A stretch of 32,000 nucleotides of DNA from Fastidiosibacter lacustris. Lineage in GTDB: Bacteria > Pseudomonadota > Gammaproteobacteria > Francisellales > Francisellaceae. Positions 20,411 to 31,040 of this stretch are shown one piece after another. The first letter of the stretch is position 1. Every line of letters starts with the position of its first letter. Position numbers and translations under genes: made by a program. The notes beneath the pieces are model-generated. The model saw only the letters and a program-made list of their open reading frames with translations, did no database searches and had not been told where the DNA came from. Location: assembly GCF_003428155.1 (NCBI RefSeq), contig NZ_QLIR01000002.1:180001-212000 (forward strand), given 5' to 3'.

Positions 20411-21140
20411 TGATGACATTGTAAAAAAAGTAGTTTCACTAATTGATTTAACTTCTTTAAATAAAGAGGATAATGATCAGACTATTGATACTTTGATTAA
20501 AAAAGCACGTAATAAGCTTGGACAAGTTGCTGCGATTTGTATTTATCCTGAGTTTATTCAATATGCTAAATCAAAATTAGGAGCAGGAATTAGGATTGCA
20601 ACTGTCATCAATTTTCCAATGGCAAATGCTTCTTTGGAAGTAGTTAAAAAAGAAGTGGAACATGCGTTGAAACTGGGCGCAGATGAGCTTGATCTTGTAA
20701 TTCCATATCATGATTATATTAATTTGGGTGAGTCGCCAATATCCATAGAAATGGTTAAAGCTTGTAAAAGACTATGTCAAAATAAAGTGCTTAAAGTTAT
20801 TATTGAATCGGGTGAATTAACTATTTCTCAAGTTGGCAAAGTCAGCCGTGACATGATTGAAGCAGGTGCTGATTTCCTGAAAACCTCAACGGGCAAAACA
20901 GCAACAGGTGCTACTTTAGATGCAGCTAAAGAAATGCTTATTGCAATTGCAAATAGTTCACGTGTTGTGGGTTTTAAAGCATCGGGAGGGATTCGCAGCC
21001 TAGAGGATGCGCTTGAATATATTGATCTGGCAAGAGTAATATGCGGTGAATCTTATATTAATGCTCAGTTTTTTCGATTTGGTGTAAGTGGATTGTTAGA
21101 TAGTATTCTTCAATCTAATCCAATTATGAACAACTATTAG
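20397..21140 (+). CDS. deoC: Deoxyribose-phosphate aldolase
   Basis: [93 protein letters not shown] start with GGAG 7 nt upstream. Confidence 0.97.
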   Translation: MLKYSDDIVKKVVSLIDLTSLNKEDNDQTIDTLIKKARNKLGQVAAICIYPEFIQYAKSKLGAGIRIATVINFPMANASLEVVKKEVEHALKLGADELDLVIPYHDYINLGESPISIEMVKACKRLCQNKVLKVIIESGELTISQVGKVSRDMIEAGADFLKTSTGKTATGATLDAAKEMLIAIANSSRVVGFKASGGIRSLEDALEYIDLARVICGESYINAQFFRFGVSGLLDSILQSNPIMNNY

Positions 21141-21151
21141 GAAGAATGGGA

Positions 21152-21775
21152 ATGCAAAAAGGTAAATTGATTGCAATTGAAGGACTGGAGGGTGCAGGAA
21201 AGAGCACCGCAATTGAATTTATTAAGTCTTATCTATCAAGCAAACCAATTCAAGTTATTTATACTCGTGAACCAGGTGGGACATTTTTAGCAGAGAAAAT
21301 TCGAACGCTTTTGATTACATCTTTTAAAGAAGAGAGCCTGTGTGCGGAATCTGAACTTTTGCTTATGTATGCAACGCGAATGCAACATATCGAAAAACTG
21401 ATTAAACCTGCGCTTGATAGTGGTAAATGGGTTGTGAGTGATCGTTTTAATTGGTCAAGTTTAGCGTATCAAGGTGGTGGACGGAAACTTGGCTTTGATA
21501 AAGTTAAACAAATTAATGATTTATTATTAGGAAATTTTATGGCAGATTTGACAATATATATGGATATTGATCCTAAGCTTGGTTTGGCGCGTGCAAAATC
21601 CCGTCATGTTTTGGATCGAATTGAGCAAGAAAATATTGATTTTTTTAATTGTGCAAGAGAGGTATTTTTAAAACTTGTGACTATTTATTCTGATAATAGT
21701 GTATTGATTGATGGTGCAAAGCCAATCAAAGAAGTAGAAAGCAAATTAGTAAGTTTATTTAAAAAAATGTTATAA
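21152..21775 (+). CDS. tmk: Thymidylate kinase
   Basis: MQKGKLIAIEGLEGAGKSTAIEFIKSYL, YTREPGGTFLAEKIRTLL, VVSDRFNWSSLAYQGGGR, DLTIYMDIDPKLGLARAKSR, DRIEQE. Track start 21146; ATG at 21152 sits 7 nt after AGGAAG. Confidence 0.96.
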   Translation: MQKGKLIAIEGLEGAGKSTAIEFIKSYLSSKPIQVIYTREPGGTFLAEKIRTLLITSFKEESLCAESELLLMYATRMQHIEKLIKPALDSGKWVVSDRFNWSSLAYQGGGRKLGFDKVKQINDLLLGNFMADLTIYMDIDPKLGLARAKSRHVLDRIEQENIDFFNCAREVFLKLVTIYSDNSVLIDGAKPIKEVESKLVSLFKKML

Positions 21776-21853
21776 ATAAAATATTCATTAGAGTTATAAA
21801 AATAGGTTTCCAGCTCAACTAAGTCAATAGTTTGTTAGAAATTTATTCATGCA

Positions 21854-23005
21854 CTACCCTAAAGGTTTCTGACAATATTTCCTTAACATTAAATAGCCCG
21901 CAATACCGGATAAAAGGGATCCGCCTAAAACGCCAATTTTAACCATATTCATAAGTTCAGGTGTTGTAAAGGCAAGCGTGCCGATAAATAAGCTCATAGT
22001 AAAACCGATACCACATACTAATCCAATACCATACAGTTGAGCAGTATAGAGGTTGCGACCAATCGTGAAATACTTCGTTTTGCTAAATAAATATAAGCTT
22101 ACGAAAATACCAATTTGTTTACCAAAAAATAGACCCAAGATAATCCCAAGCGAAATAGGATGAGCAAGGTCACCAATTGAAATACCACTAAAACTAATAC
22201 CTGCATTTGCAAAAGCAAAAAGTGGTAAGATCATGAAAATGATCCAAGGGTTTAATCCATGCTCAAGTTTAAGTAAAGGAGAGTTTTTTTCAGTGTGCGG
22301 AATGCACATCGCAAGTGCTACACCAGCTAAAGTAGCATGTACACCAGACTCTAAAACGCAAAACCACATAATTACGCCAACGATCATAAAAGGTGCAAGT
22401 ATTTTGATTCCACAGCGATTAAAGCATATTAATACAAAAAGGCAGATCAGAGCCCCTAGCAATGACAGTAAAGATAAACTGTTTGTATAAAATATGGCAA
22501 TAATAACAATTGCAGCAATATCATCAAAAATGGCAATCGTTGTCACCAATATCTTAAGTGAAGTTGGAATGCGAGAGCCTAGTAGTGCTAAAATGCCTAG
22601 CGTAAATGCGATGTCAGTTGCGGTAGGAATTGCCCAACCGTCTATGTATTGAGGGTTATTATAGTTGAGTAAAAAATAGATTAAAGCAGGAACTAATAAG
22701 CCAAACAAAGCAACAAGAGCAGGAATAATAACGTTGGATTTACTTGCTAGTGTGCCGCCGACAAATTCACGTTTAATTTCTAAACCAACGATCAAAAAAT
22801 ATAGAGTCATAAAACCATCGTTAATCCAGTGGATAAGGTTTTTCTGTAGTACAAAATTACCAATTGAAATTCCTGCATAAACTGTTTCCAGCATGTGGTA
22901 ATAGGGGCTTAACCAGGAATTATTAACAATAATTGCAAACACCGCTGCTGTAAATAGAATAATGCCACCAATGACTTCTATATTGAGTTTTTTACTTTGA
23001 CTCAT
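21854..23005 (-). CDS. nhaA: Na+/H+ antiporter NhaA
   Basis: HWINDGFMTLYFLIVGLEIKREFVGG, GWAIPTATDIAFTLGILALLG, LAIFDDIAAIVIIAIFYT, HATLAGVALAMCIP, FAFANAGIS, GLVCGIGFTMSLFIGTLAF. Confidence 0.98.
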   Translation of the reverse strand: MSQSKKLNIEVIGGIILFTAAVFAIIVNNSWLSPYYHMLETVYAGISIGNFVLQKNLIHWINDGFMTLYFLIVGLEIKREFVGGTLASKSNVIIPALVALFGLLVPALIYFLLNYNNPQYIDGWAIPTATDIAFTLGILALLGSRIPTSLKILVTTIAIFDDIAAIVIIAIFYTNSLSLLSLLGALICLFVLICFNRCGIKILAPFMIVGVIMWFCVLESGVHATLAGVALAMCIPHTEKNSPLLKLEHGLNPWIIFMILPLFAFANAGISFSGISIGDLAHPISLGIILGLFFGKQIGIFVSLYLFSKTKYFTIGRNLYTAQLYGIGLVCGIGFTMSLFIGTLAFTTPELMNMVKIGVLGGSLLSGIAGYLMLRKYCQKPLG

Positions 23006-23090
23006 GTAGTGTTTCCCTTTTTTTAGATAAACTTTGAACGCGGTATAATATAATACTTAAATGGATTTTACAGCTTTTGAGGCAGCAGAA

Positions 23091-24290
23091 TTATGTTTTA
23101 TTCTTTACATTGCTTAGCTGGTAATATTGGGGGGTGAAATAAATACCATATTTAACGTACATCCACATTTTGCTTACAAAAGCTTGTAATGCTGGAGGAT
23201 GCATATTTAAGGTGTACATTTTCTGAATCATTTCTTGAGTTGGGTTGACATTAGTGTCTTTGAATAGTTCATTCAGATATTGATGATTATTAATAACACC
23301 ATTTGGTTGATAAATATAATTGCTGTTCATAGCTGCAATGTAAGGTTCCATATTGAAATTTAAAAATGCGTAAGCTGCATCCAAGTTTTTAACGCCCTTA
23401 GGAATCATCAGCATATCAAACCAAATATTGGTGCCTTCTTTTGGTAGTACATAGTGTAAAACCTCAGATGGGTTAATTTCCTTAGCACGCTCGACAGAGC
23501 GCACAACATCACCTGAATAACCCATAACAATACATAAATTACCAGCAGTAAAATCGTTTTGATATTTATTACTGTCAAAATATTTAACATATGGACGAAC
23601 ATTATGAATAAGATATAACGCTGCTTTTTCATATTCTGCTTTGTCGATTGTATTGGGGTCAATGCCTGCATAATAAAAATAATTACCAAACACTTGTTCG
23701 GGTTCATCAAGCAACGCAACTCCGCATTTTGAAAGTTTTTTTAAATATGTTGAATCGTATAAATATTTCCAGCCATTTGGGATAACGTCATCTCCTAAAA
23801 CTTTGGCAATTTGATTAACGTTATAGGCAATGCCAGTTGTGCCATAGGTATAAACAATAGCATAGTTATTTCCTGGATCATTAATTTCAGAAATTTTGTC
23901 ATAAATCGCTTTGTTACGGTATTCCCAATTTGGAAGCTTGTTTTTGTCGAGTTTTATGAGAGCGTTTGATTTGATTTCACTTGGCAGATAAAGTGCACCT
24001 TGTTCGATGACATCAAAGCCAGATGCCCCAGTCATTACTTTGGCACGTGTCATATTATCATCTGTAGTATAACTTAAACGCACACGTGTATTAGATAGTT
24101 TACTAAAACAAGGAATCAAATTAGGCAACATATAGTCAGCCCAATTAGTAAAGTTTAATGATTGTTGTTTTTTAAATGCCTTGATGGGAGTTGTTAATAA
24201 TTTTTCACTGCATTCAAACTCATTGGTATAAGCTTGGCTTAAACTAATAAAGCTTAACGTTATAATAAAATAAAACTTTTTTGTAAACAT
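23091..24290 (-). CDS. Periplasmic spermidine/putrescine-type substrate-binding protein (PotD/PotF-like)
   Basis: Signal peptide MFTKKFYFIITLSFISLSQA, LNFTNWADYMLPNLIPCFSK, GASGFDVIEQGALYLP, YTYGTTGIAYNVNQI, IVMGYSGDVVRSVERA, PKEGTNIWFDMLMIPKG, NYIYQPNGV. Track start 24338 is probably 16 codons too long. Confidence 0.85.
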   Translation of the reverse strand: MFTKKFYFIITLSFISLSQAYTNEFECSEKLLTTPIKAFKKQQSLNFTNWADYMLPNLIPCFSKLSNTRVRLSYTTDDNMTRAKVMTGASGFDVIEQGALYLPSEIKSNALIKLDKNKLPNWEYRNKAIYDKISEINDPGNNYAIVYTYGTTGIAYNVNQIAKVLGDDVIPNGWKYLYDSTYLKKLSKCGVALLDEPEQVFGNYFYYAGIDPNTIDKAEYEKAALYLIHNVRPYVKYFDSNKYQNDFTAGNLCIVMGYSGDVVRSVERAKEINPSEVLHYVLPKEGTNIWFDMLMIPKGVKNLDAAYAFLNFNMEPYIAAMNSNYIYQPNGVINNHQYLNELFKDTNVNPTQEMIQKMYTLNMHPPALQAFVSKMWMYVKYGIYFTPQYYQLSNVKNKT

Positions 24291-24533
24291 AGCTACGGGC
24301 CTATATAACAAAAAAACACTAGTCATTATTGTACACATAACAAAAATAATGGGGAGACGTTTTTAATGGATTTTATACATCTAAGTGCAGATATTAAGCT
24401 GTGTTTAATTTTTCAGTTAAGTTGACAATTTTTTAGTGATTCATGTGTTAAACTTAAACGGTTATTATCTGCTGATATTAAGCCTTTAGGTCAATTTGAT
24501 GATTTTTTGATTAACACTTCAAATAAACAACCC

Positions 24534-24968
24534 TTACCAACGAACAATACGACTATCGTTATGATAGTCAATATAAATGGTTTTTGTGGGGCGAGGTAAA
24601 AAATCACCACCTTTTTGTGGCCATTCGATCAAGGATATTGTGTCGTTATTGAAGTAGTCACGAATTCCAATCCACTCTAGCTCTTCAGGATCACTTAAAC
24701 GATAAAGGTCAAAATGTTGCAGAATAATATTATTGATGGGGTAAGTCTCAACGAGTGTATAAGTTGGGCTTTTGACAGAACCTTTAAAACCTAAGCATTG
24801 CAATATGCCTTTACTTAATGTTGTTTTACCAGCACCAAGGTCTCCACATAAGTAAACAATGTCCCCCGCTTTGAGGCTTTGAGCAATTCGTATGCCAAGA
24901 TCAAGCATTTCTTGCTCGTTATGTGTAGAAACCTTATTTTTTGTCATAATACTCAATAAATGCTCCAA
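24534..24968 (-). CDS. tsaE: tRNA threonylcarbamoyladenosine biosynthesis ATPase TsaE
   Basis: GDIVYLCGDLGAGKTTLSKGILQCLGFKGSVKSPTYTLVETYP, HFDLYRLSDPEELEWIGIRDYFNNDTISLIEWP. Start may be the second ATG (24947). Confidence 0.97.
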   Translation of the reverse strand: MEHLLSIMTKNKVSTHNEQEMLDLGIRIAQSLKAGDIVYLCGDLGAGKTTLSKGILQCLGFKGSVKSPTYTLVETYPINNIILQHFDLYRLSDPEELEWIGIRDYFNNDTISLIEWPQKGGDFLPRPTKTIYIDYHNDSRIVRW

Positions 24969-26133
24969 CTAAAACAAATGAGCCAAATACCACGATTAAA
25001 TCGTCTAATTGTGCATTATGCTGAACGTATTTAAAAGCCTCAATATGATTATCAAAAAATAATGTGTTTTCAGAAAAATAATTAGTTTGCTGCTCATCTT
25101 TGAGTTGTTTAAAACGCACATCAAGCCCACTTAAATCAGGAATAAGCCACAAATCTATCATTCGCTGGGCATCTTCAAGAATTTGGCTGATGTCTTTGTT
25201 TTGATGTACGGTAAAAATAGCAATTGTGCGCTTGAATTTATTCTTAAGTTTTGCGATTTTCAGCATTAAATTTTGTACTGCTTGAGGATTATGAGCTATA
25301 TCAGTAATAATGAGTGGATTTTTGCTTACTATACAAAATCGACCTGGTACCGCCAATTGATGTAGGTTGTTTGGCAGACATAAGGTTGGTGATATTTCCT
25401 TTATTGCAGTTAAGGCACAAGCAAGACTTGTGGGGTGAATGCCGCTACTTTCCATGAGGTGTTGACTGACTGGATTGGCAGCTATGATAGTTGCTTTGAT
25501 TTCATTTAAATAATCCTGCGCTTTATATGGTAATGGTTCCCCCACAATAACAGGCTTATCGGATCGTGCAATATGTACTTTATTTAAAGCAATTTCCTCT
25601 AAACTATGACCCAATAGCTCACAATGATCAAGAGCCACTGTTGTAATTATAGCAATATCCGCATCAAAAAGGTTGGCTGGATCAAGCTTCCCACCAACAC
25701 CAACTTCTAAAATTGCCCACTGTGGTCTTTGTTGTTCGATATGCAACCAAGCACATAAAAAAGCAATAAAGTGATAATGTAATTGAAGCTTTAGTTCAAC
25801 ACTTGCTTGATAGATTTTTTGTAAGTAAAAACAAAGTGCTTCATCATCGATAGACTTCTGATTATGACTAATGCGCTCATTAAAAACATGTAAATGTGGT
25901 GAAATGTGACAAATATGATCGATTTGATTATGTTTAAAAACTTCTGAAATAAGTGCCACCGTAGAGCCTTTGCCATTTGTTCCTGTCACAGTAATAATTT
26001 TGGGTTTATAGTGGATGTTTAGATGTGTCAGAAACGTTGAAAGGTTTTTAAATTCTGCACGCTTGAAATTAAGTTGAAGAATTTGATTAATATAGTTATC
26101 AATTTCTTGGGAAGAGGGTTTAGTTGTGACCAT
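24934..26133 (-). CDS. folC: Bifunctional folylpolyglutamate/dihydrofolate synthase
   Basis: IITVTGTNGKGSTVALISEVF, SPHLHVFNERI, WAILEVGVGGKLDPANLFDADIAIITTVALDHCELLG, ITDIAHNPQAVQNL, VVFGSFVLVGAF. Confidence 0.97.
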   Translation of the reverse strand: MVTTKPSSQEIDNYINQILQLNFKRAEFKNLSTFLTHLNIHYKPKIITVTGTNGKGSTVALISEVFKHNQIDHICHISPHLHVFNERISHNQKSIDDEALCFYLQKIYQASVELKLQLHYHFIAFLCAWLHIEQQRPQWAILEVGVGGKLDPANLFDADIAIITTVALDHCELLGHSLEEIALNKVHIARSDKPVIVGEPLPYKAQDYLNEIKATIIAANPVSQHLMESSGIHPTSLACALTAIKEISPTLCLPNNLHQLAVPGRFCIVSKNPLIITDIAHNPQAVQNLMLKIAKLKNKFKRTIAIFTVHQNKDISQILEDAQRMIDLWLIPDLSGLDVRFKQLKDEQQTNYFSENTLFFDNHIEAFKYVQHNAQLDDLIVVFGSFVLVGAFIEYYDKK

Positions 26134-26167
26134 AGTGTGTTTACATAAGCGCTATGATTATAATTTT

Positions 26168-27013
26168 CTATACAGGCATAAGCTTGTCAAGTATATGGCT
26201 TATCTCATTAGCTAATTGCTGACGATGAACAATCCGATCAATCATGCCTTTTTCAAGCAAAAATTCACTGCGTTGAAAGCCTTCTGGTAGTTTTTCACGT
26301 ACAGTTTGTTCAATGACTCTAGGGCCTGCAAAACCAATAAGCGCGTTGGGTTCGGCGATATGAATATCACCAAGCATTGCTAATGAAGCAGATACCCCAC
26401 CTGTTGTTGGATCGGTCAATACAACAATATACGGCAGTTTATGCTCAGCAAGCTTAGCAAGGGAGGCACTTGTTTTGGCCATTTGCATTAATGAAAACAA
26501 AGATTCTTGCATTCTAGCGCCACCACTTGCGGTAAAGCAAATCAGAGGGAGTCTTTTTTCAATTGCAAGTTCTACTGCGCGTACAAACTTTTCCCCAACA
26601 ACAGAACCCATAGAACCACCAAGAAAGCTAAAATCAAAGATAGCTGTAACAACAAGTCTGCCATTAATCGAACCATCAAAAACAAGTAAAGCATCATTTT
26701 CTCTGGTTTTCTTTTGAGCACTGCTTAGACGATCTTTATATGATTTGGTGTCTTTGAATTTTAAAACATCTTTTGGTTTCACATCGCTAAAGTATTCAAC
26801 CTGAGAGTCTTTATCAAAAAAACAGTTTGCACGCTGGCGTGCAGTTAACCGCATATGGTGATCACAACTGCCGCACACCATCATGTTTTCAGTTAGATCA
26901 GGAAGGTATAATACAGAATGGCATGAAGAACATTTATGCCATACGCCTTCGGGTAGTTCTTTTTTTTCAGAATCCGAGCGCAATTGTGGAATAATTTTGG
27001 TTAGCCAACTCAT
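26168..27013 (-). CDS. accD: Acetyl-CoA carboxylase carboxyltransferase subunit beta
   Basis: Zinc ribbon [12 protein letters not shown]...[18 protein letters not shown]-like core, [73 protein letters not shown]. Confidence 0.99.
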   Translation of the reverse strand: MSWLTKIIPQLRSDSEKKELPEGVWHKCSSCHSVLYLPDLTENMMVCGSCDHHMRLTARQRANCFFDKDSQVEYFSDVKPKDVLKFKDTKSYKDRLSSAQKKTRENDALLVFDGSINGRLVVTAIFDFSFLGGSMGSVVGEKFVRAVELAIEKRLPLICFTASGGARMQESLFSLMQMAKTSASLAKLAEHKLPYIVVLTDPTTGGVSASLAMLGDIHIAEPNALIGFAGPRVIEQTVREKLPEGFQRSEFLLEKGMIDRIVHRQQLANEISHILDKLMPV

Positions 27014-27109
27014 TGTCAGAAGCGATCACTTTTGTGATTAAACATAACTAGTCATTATATCGTGCGATAGGTGTGATGCAATTATTTATCAACCTCGTAA
27101 TCAAAAAGG

Positions 27110-28483
27110 TTATAAGCGATTGAGTCCATTTAATGCTGCGACTCGATACGCTTCTGCCATAGTAGGGTAATTGAATGTGGTGTTAATAAAATACATAAGC
27201 GTGTTGGCTTTACCTTTTTGGGACATAATTGCTTGACCGATATGAATAATCTCAGAGGCTTGACTCCCAAAACAGTGAATCCCTAGTAGTTGCAAGGTTT
27301 CACGATGGAAAATAAGCTTAAGCATTCCTGTGGTTTTACCTGAAATTTGAGCGCGTGCTAGGTCTTTAAAAAACGCATGTCCGATCTCATAAGGCACTTT
27401 TTCTGTGGTAAGTTCTTGCTCTGTTTTTCCAACAGAACTAATTTCTGGTAAGGTATAAATGCCAGTTGGAATGTCTTTAATCAAGTGGGTTGTGCATTTG
27501 CCTTCGGCAATGTGCGTTGCAGCAAAGCGCCCTTGATCAAAAGCCGCTGAAGCCAGCGATGGGTAACCTACCACATCACCAACTGCGTAAATATGTGTAT
27601 GTTGTATCGTTTGATAATTTTCGTTTATTTCAATCGAGCCACGTATGTTAGGTTCAATGTCAATGTTTTGAAGTCCAAGCTTATCTGTGTTACCTGTCCG
27701 ACCTTGCGCAAACAGTAAGTAATCAGATTTTATAATTTTGTTTGATTTGAGTTTAAGGCTCACCTCATAATCGTTAGCGATTATACTGTCATAGAATTCA
27801 TTGTGGCGCGTACGAATACCTTGTTCACGGAAGTGATAACTCAAAGCATCAATGACTTCATTGTCCAAGAATGATAATAAGCGCTCACGATTATTGATAA
27901 GGTTGACACGAATTTTTAATGTGCGAAAAATCGAGGCATATTCACAACCAATTACTCCTGCCCCATAAATGGTGATAGTTTTAGGGTTATCCTTTAGCTT
28001 TAAAACGCTATCGCTATCGAGGATGCGGGGATGACTAAAGTCGATATCATTTGGATTGTATGGGCGTGAGCCTGTTGCGATCACAAAATATTTTGCACTG
28101 TACTGTTCACGTAGTAATTCACCCTCGCCTTGTTTACAGATACATATGGTATGTGGGTCGATGAATTTAGCAAAACCATGAAGCATATCAACATTGTTAC
28201 GCTTGTAAAAACCTGTTTTGAGTTGAGTTTGTGCCTCGATAACACGTGTTGCATTTTCAAGCATTTGTGGATAGCTATAATCATGATATTTAGCATGAAA
28301 GGCGAAGTGAGATACCGTATGACGTAGTGCTTTACTCGGGATAGTGCCTTGATGTGTGCAATTACCGCCGATCAGGTTCGACTCGATGATTGCGACTTTA
28401 AGCCCAGATTTGGCAGCTTTAATTGCTGCTCCCTCACCACCTGGTCCACTGCCAATTACCATAACGTCATAGTCAAATTGCAT
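27110..28483 (-). CDS. sthA: Si-specific NAD(P)+ (soluble pyridine nucleotide) transhydrogenase
   Basis: [41 protein letters not shown] (the CxxxxC redox pair of disulfide reductases is absent, as in SthA), [59 protein letters not shown]. Confidence 0.93.
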   Translation of the reverse strand: MQFDYDVMVIGSGPGGEGAAIKAAKSGLKVAIIESNLIGGNCTHQGTIPSKALRHTVSHFAFHAKYHDYSYPQMLENATRVIEAQTQLKTGFYKRNNVDMLHGFAKFIDPHTICICKQGEGELLREQYSAKYFVIATGSRPYNPNDIDFSHPRILDSDSVLKLKDNPKTITIYGAGVIGCEYASIFRTLKIRVNLINNRERLLSFLDNEVIDALSYHFREQGIRTRHNEFYDSIIANDYEVSLKLKSNKIIKSDYLLFAQGRTGNTDKLGLQNIDIEPNIRGSIEINENYQTIQHTHIYAVGDVVGYPSLASAAFDQGRFAATHIAEGKCTTHLIKDIPTGIYTLPEISSVGKTEQELTTEKVPYEIGHAFFKDLARAQISGKTTGMLKLIFHRETLQLLGIHCFGSQASEIIHIGQAIMSQKGKANTLMYFINTTFNYPTMAEAYRVAALNGLNRL

Positions 28484-28643
28484 AATGATTCCGAGCTTAA
28501 AAAATTTGGTGCAGATTGTATCACAGCAATCTAGATGTGTTGAGAAATATATGAAGTTAATTCAATTTATATGGGAGCTGTGTATTTTTCTATCTTGCTG
28601 TATAGATCCTAAAACAACTTTAAGATAAATTTTATTAGAAAAT

Positions 28644-28677
28644 TTAAGGATGACATCACTATCCTTAATTTATTTTT
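28644..28677 (+). terminator. Weak terminator-like hairpin between sthA and rpsP
   Basis: TTAAGGAT (28644-28651)/ATCCTTAA (28661-28668), 9-nt loop, followed by a T-rich tract. Confidence 0.3.
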
Positions 28678-28834
28678 CGGAGCTAAAAAATGTGTAATTT
28701 CAGGATTTAAAGCAGAAATTTTTAATCGAAAAACTAGCGAAACAAATTGAAATAAGGTAAAATTCGCCCGTTTTTGCATTTGCTTATTAATTTAAATGCA
28801 GATTCTAGAGCAACAATAATTAATTTTTATAAAT

Positions 28835-29107
28835 TTGGAGAATATTATGGTCGTTATTCGTATGGCTAGAGGCGGCGCTAAGAAGCGTCCTTTTTATAGA
28901 ATCGTGGTAACTGATAGCCGCACAGCACGTGATGGTCGTCCTATCGAGCGTGTTGGTTTCTTTAATCCGTTAGCAAAAGAGCATGAAGAGAAAGTGCGTG
29001 TTGACCTTGAGCGTGTAGACTACTGGTTGGGTACAGGTGCAAAAATGTCTGATCGTGTTACTTCTTTAGTAAAAGAAGCACGTAAATCAGGTACTGCACA
29101 AGCTTAA
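28835..29107 (+). CDS. rpsP: 30S ribosomal protein S16
   Basis: [43 protein letters not shown]. Real start probably ATG at 28847 ([10 protein letters not shown]). Confidence 0.98.
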   Translation: MENIMVVIRMARGGAKKRPFYRIVVTDSRTARDGRPIERVGFFNPLAKEHEEKVRVDLERVDYWLGTGAKMSDRVTSLVKEARKSGTAQA

Positions 29108-29140
29108 TGTTTTTTGGGGTGCTTAAGTGCCCAATGATTG

Positions 29141-29177
29141 AAAACGCCAATTTACGCTTGCCGTAGTTGGCGTTTTT
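29141..29177 (+). terminator. Intra-operonic terminator/attenuator between rpsP and rimM
   Basis: AAAACGCCAA (29141-29150)...TTGGCGTTTT (29167-29176)T. 10-bp perfect stem with U-tract. Confidence 0.75.
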
Positions 29178-29205
29178 GTTTACGTAAAATTACAAAGGGT
29201 TAATT

Positions 29206-29733
29206 ATGCTACAGCAAGATAATGACAGTATGGTTGTCATCGCTAAGGTAGGGGCGCCATATCGCTTAAAAGGTGAGCTAAAACTTTATGTATTAAGTGA
29301 TTCCATCGAAACAGCATTATCCTATGGGCAGTGGTATATTAAAAAACCAAGTGATAGTATATGGCATAAGCTTGAAGGCGAAGTAGTTAGCCGTGTTGGT
29401 GATAAGATTTTGATTCAATTCCCAGATGCCAATATTAAAGAAATAGCTGCCAAGTATACCAATTCGTCTATTGGTGTACCACGATTAGCTTTAAAAGAAA
29501 TTGCGGAAGATGATGAATATTATTGGGTAGATTTGATTGGTATGAGCGTGATTAATCAACAAGGCGATATTTTTGGTTGGGTAGAAGATATCTTAGATAC
29601 TGGCGTCAATGAAGTACTTTGTTGTAAGCACGGTGACAAAAAATACCTTATTCCATTTGGGAAAGACTATATTGTTGAAGTCAATCAAAAAGTAAGGCAA
29701 ATTATTGTCGATTGGCAATACGATTACTTATAA
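29206..29733 (+). CDS. rimM: Ribosome maturation factor RimM
   Basis: [82 protein letters not shown]. Confidence 0.96.
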   Translation: MLQQDNDSMVVIAKVGAPYRLKGELKLYVLSDSIETALSYGQWYIKKPSDSIWHKLEGEVVSRVGDKILIQFPDANIKEIAAKYTNSSIGVPRLALKEIAEDDEYYWVDLIGMSVINQQGDIFGWVEDILDTGVNEVLCCKHGDKKYLIPFGKDYIVEVNQKVRQIIVDWQYDYL

Positions 29734-29743
29734 GGTGAGGGGT

Positions 29744-30493
29744 ATGCGCTTTATTGTGATTAGCATTTTTCCTGAGATGTTTTCTGCATTGTCTGAGTTT
29801 GGGATTTCAGCACGTGCGGTCAACAACGAAAAAGTGCAATTAACAATAATTAATCCGCGTGAATTTGCTACTAATCGTTATCAAAGCATAGATGATAGAC
29901 CATTTGGTGGTGGACCTGGCATGGTGATGATGTATGACCCTTTACAAAAAGCGATTATGGATGCCAAAAAAAGATTGAACAAATTAGCTAAGGTTGTATA
30001 CTTGTCGCCCCAGGGGAAGCCATTAACACAAGCACGTGTTAAGGAGCTTGCCTGTGAAGATGCTTTAATCTTGCTTTGTGGTCGTTATGAAGGTATTGAC
30101 GAACGTTTGATTGAGCGTCATGTTGATGAAGAAATCTCGATTGGTGATTATGTGTTAAGTGGTGGCGAGTTACCAGCAATGGTATTGATGGACAGTATTA
30201 TGCGTCTGTTGCCGGATGTTTTAAACGATCAAGAATCAGCAGTTGAAGATTCATTTTATAATGGTTTGCTAGATTGTCCGCATTATACACGCCCAGCTCA
30301 ACATAGTGAGGCAGGGGATGTGCCAGCAGTGCTGTTATCAGGTGATCATAGAAAAATTCAACAATGGCGACAGCAACAAAAAATAAAACGCACATTTATG
30401 CGGCGCAAAGATTTGATTGAGTGCCTATGTCTATCGGATGAAGATAAGCAATACCTTGCGCAAATAGCGCATGAAGAACAAAATAAAACGTGA
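29744..30493 (+). CDS. trmD: tRNA (guanine-N1)-methyltransferase
   Basis: [101 protein letters not shown] 29744 preceded by GAGGGG; the track start at 29705 is too far upstream. Confidence 0.99.
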   Translation: MRFIVISIFPEMFSALSEFGISARAVNNEKVQLTIINPREFATNRYQSIDDRPFGGGPGMVMMYDPLQKAIMDAKKRLNKLAKVVYLSPQGKPLTQARVKELACEDALILLCGRYEGIDERLIERHVDEEISIGDYVLSGGELPAMVLMDSIMRLLPDVLNDQESAVEDSFYNGLLDCPHYTRPAQHSEAGDVPAVLLSGDHRKIQQWRQQQKIKRTFMRRKDLIECLCLSDEDKQYLAQIAHEEQNKT

Positions 30494-30522
30494 TAGAGAA
30501 TGCACATTTAGGAGAAAAATAA

Positions 30523-30870
30523 ATGAAAAGTAAATATTTAGAATTAGTTGAAAAATCACAATTACGTAGCGATATCCCAACGATGTATCCAGGTGATTCT
30601 GTTGTTGTTAATGTCTGGGTAAAAGAAGGTGATAAAGCACGTGTTCAAGCTTTCAAGGGCTTTGTGTTAGCAATTAAAAATCGTGGTATTAACTCAGCTT
30701 TTACCGTGCGCAAAATGTCATCTGGGGAGGGTGTTGAACGCACATTCCAAACACACAGTCCAATTATTGAAAGTGTAATCATAGAAAGACGTGCAAAAGT
30801 TCGTCGCGCTAAACTTTACTACATGCGTGGACTTACTGGTAAGGCTGCAAGAATTAAAGAAAAAGTATAA
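30523..30870 (+). CDS. rplS: 50S ribosomal protein L19
   Basis: [68 protein letters not shown]. Confidence 0.99.
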   Translation: MKSKYLELVEKSQLRSDIPTMYPGDSVVVNVWVKEGDKARVQAFKGFVLAIKNRGINSAFTVRKMSSGEGVERTFQTHSPIIESVIIERRAKVRRAKLYYMRGLTGKAARIKEKV

Positions 30871-30887
30871 TTTTAAAAGTACTCCCC

Positions 30888-30935
30888 AATATCAATATCA
30901 ATATCAATATCAATATCAATATCAATACCACTAAA
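30888..30935. repeat. Hexanucleotide microsatellite (AATATC)7 plus one degenerate unit (AATACC)
   Basis: Seven perfect head-to-tail AATATC units 30888-30929, then AATACC 30930-30935. Confidence 0.98.
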
Positions 30936-31040
30936 CAGTAAAAGAGACATTTTTTATTGTAAAATTGGTTCACTTTTTAATGGTTCAAGACAGATCTTGT
31001 AATCTGTTGAACTCAGATAATAAAATCTATTTAATTTTGT

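Noticed and set aside
22233-23719. Plus ORF 22233-22490 and minus ORF 23408-23719
   Set aside because: Shadow frames of nhaA and the polyamine-binding protein.
25791-26717. ORFs 25791-25976 (-), 26475-26717 (+), 26507-26689 (+)
   Set aside because: Out-of-frame or antisense to folC and accD.
28081-28534. ORFs 28081-28296 (-), 28130-28327 (+), 28349-28534 (+)
   Set aside because: Mostly inside sthA on wrong frame or strand. The last one only extends about 50 nt past the sthA start.
30198-30395. Minus ORF 30198-30395
   Set aside because: Antisense within trmD.
30888-30935. AATATC repeats as a CRISPR or iteron array
   Set aside because: The units are contiguous 6-mers without spacers. There are no cas or rep genes in the window, so it is a simple microsatellite.
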